From the IMG/VR virus record IMGVR_UViG_3300029110_000001: a stretch of DNA of 38,551 nucleotides. One strand, given 5' to 3'. The number at the start of each line of letters is the position of its first letter. Position 1 is the stretch's first letter. This document shows positions 38,430 to 38,551 of this stretch, in pieces. The notes under the pieces are model-generated. The model ran no database searches, was not told where the DNA came from, and saw nothing but the letters and a program-made list of their open reading frames with translations. The position numbers and the translations under genes are program-made. Source of the DNA: a virus.

Positions 38430-38551
38430 ATGACTAATCAAGAACGTTACGAGAATGATTTAAAAATCATTCTCGAAGGTGGAAGTAAAGCCTACGTTAT
38501 TGACGGATTCAATGCTTGCATCAGAAGGCGTGGATATATTGGACATTTATG
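38430..38551 (+). CDS. Hypothetical early protein, 5' part. It continues at nt 80 of the window through the circular junction.
   Basis: ATG at 38430 lies 6 nt after AGGAGGT. The frame runs into the terminal overlap and on to the stop at 348-350. Confidence 0.75.
   Translation, partial: MTNQERYENDLKIILEGGSKAYVIDGFNACIRRRGYIGHL
38473..38551. repeat. Terminal overlap, copy 2 (identical to 1-79)
   Basis: Base-by-base identity with nt 1-79. Confidence 0.95.

Noticed and set aside
1-38551. A search for CRISPR arrays, rRNA, transposases or IS elements, reverse transcriptase (retron/DGR), toxin-antitoxin pairs and classic exotoxin-type virulence morons
   Set aside because: I found none by eye. There are no spaced direct-repeat arrays apart from the origin iterons, no YADD-type RT motif and no DDE transposase-like ORF. 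The region between lysin and int contains no ORF.

Overview
The window is one complete, circularly closed genome of a temperate siphovirus-type phage from a low-GC Gram-positive host. Its unique length is 38,472 bp, because nt 1-79 recur as nt 38473-38551. The gene content looks streptococcal: an Ltp-type lipoprotein, an LPNTG sortase substrate, a CHAP+GH25 endolysin, an ArpU-type late regulator and YopX. The host cannot be proven from sequence alone.

Early genes lie on the + strand. They comprise an ORF that wraps around the window ends, several small ORFs, and an LPXTG surface-adhesin gene at 827-2701. These are followed by an Erf-like annealase, a DUF1351-like protein, SSB, RusA, a MazG-like protein, a C5 DNA methyltransferase, YopX and an ArpU-like regulator.

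Late genes follow on the same strand: TerS, TerL, portal, Mu-F-like minor head protein, scaffold, capsid, connectors, major tail protein and chaperones. Then come a 1003-aa tape measure, Dit, a 1683-aa Tal/host-recognition protein, two holins, three fibre-like small ORFs and the lysin.

The lysogeny module is on the - strand: a large serine integrase, the Ltp lipoprotein, an ImmA-like protease and a cI-like repressor. It faces a cro-like gene, a low-GC PD-(D/E)XK nuclease-like gene, an AntA/KilAC antirepressor and a wHTH Rep-like gene. That gene is followed by a plasmid-like origin with an inverted pair of perfect DnaA boxes, 8-nt-phased iterons and AT-rich ACTAA repeats.

I saw no rRNA, complete tRNA, CRISPR array, transposase, reverse transcriptase or replicative helicase/primase.

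The items most worth a second look are:
- the wall-anchored adhesin inside the early operon;
- two long plus-strand-biased stem structures, at 608-765 and 37174-37307;
- the DnaA-box/iteron origin;
- the AT-rich nuclease-like gene next to a distal operator copy;
- a tRNA-like acceptor/T-arm minihelix at the end of the early region;
- a three-gene fibre-like insertion between holins and lysin.

All functional calls come from reading motifs by eye. No database search was possible.
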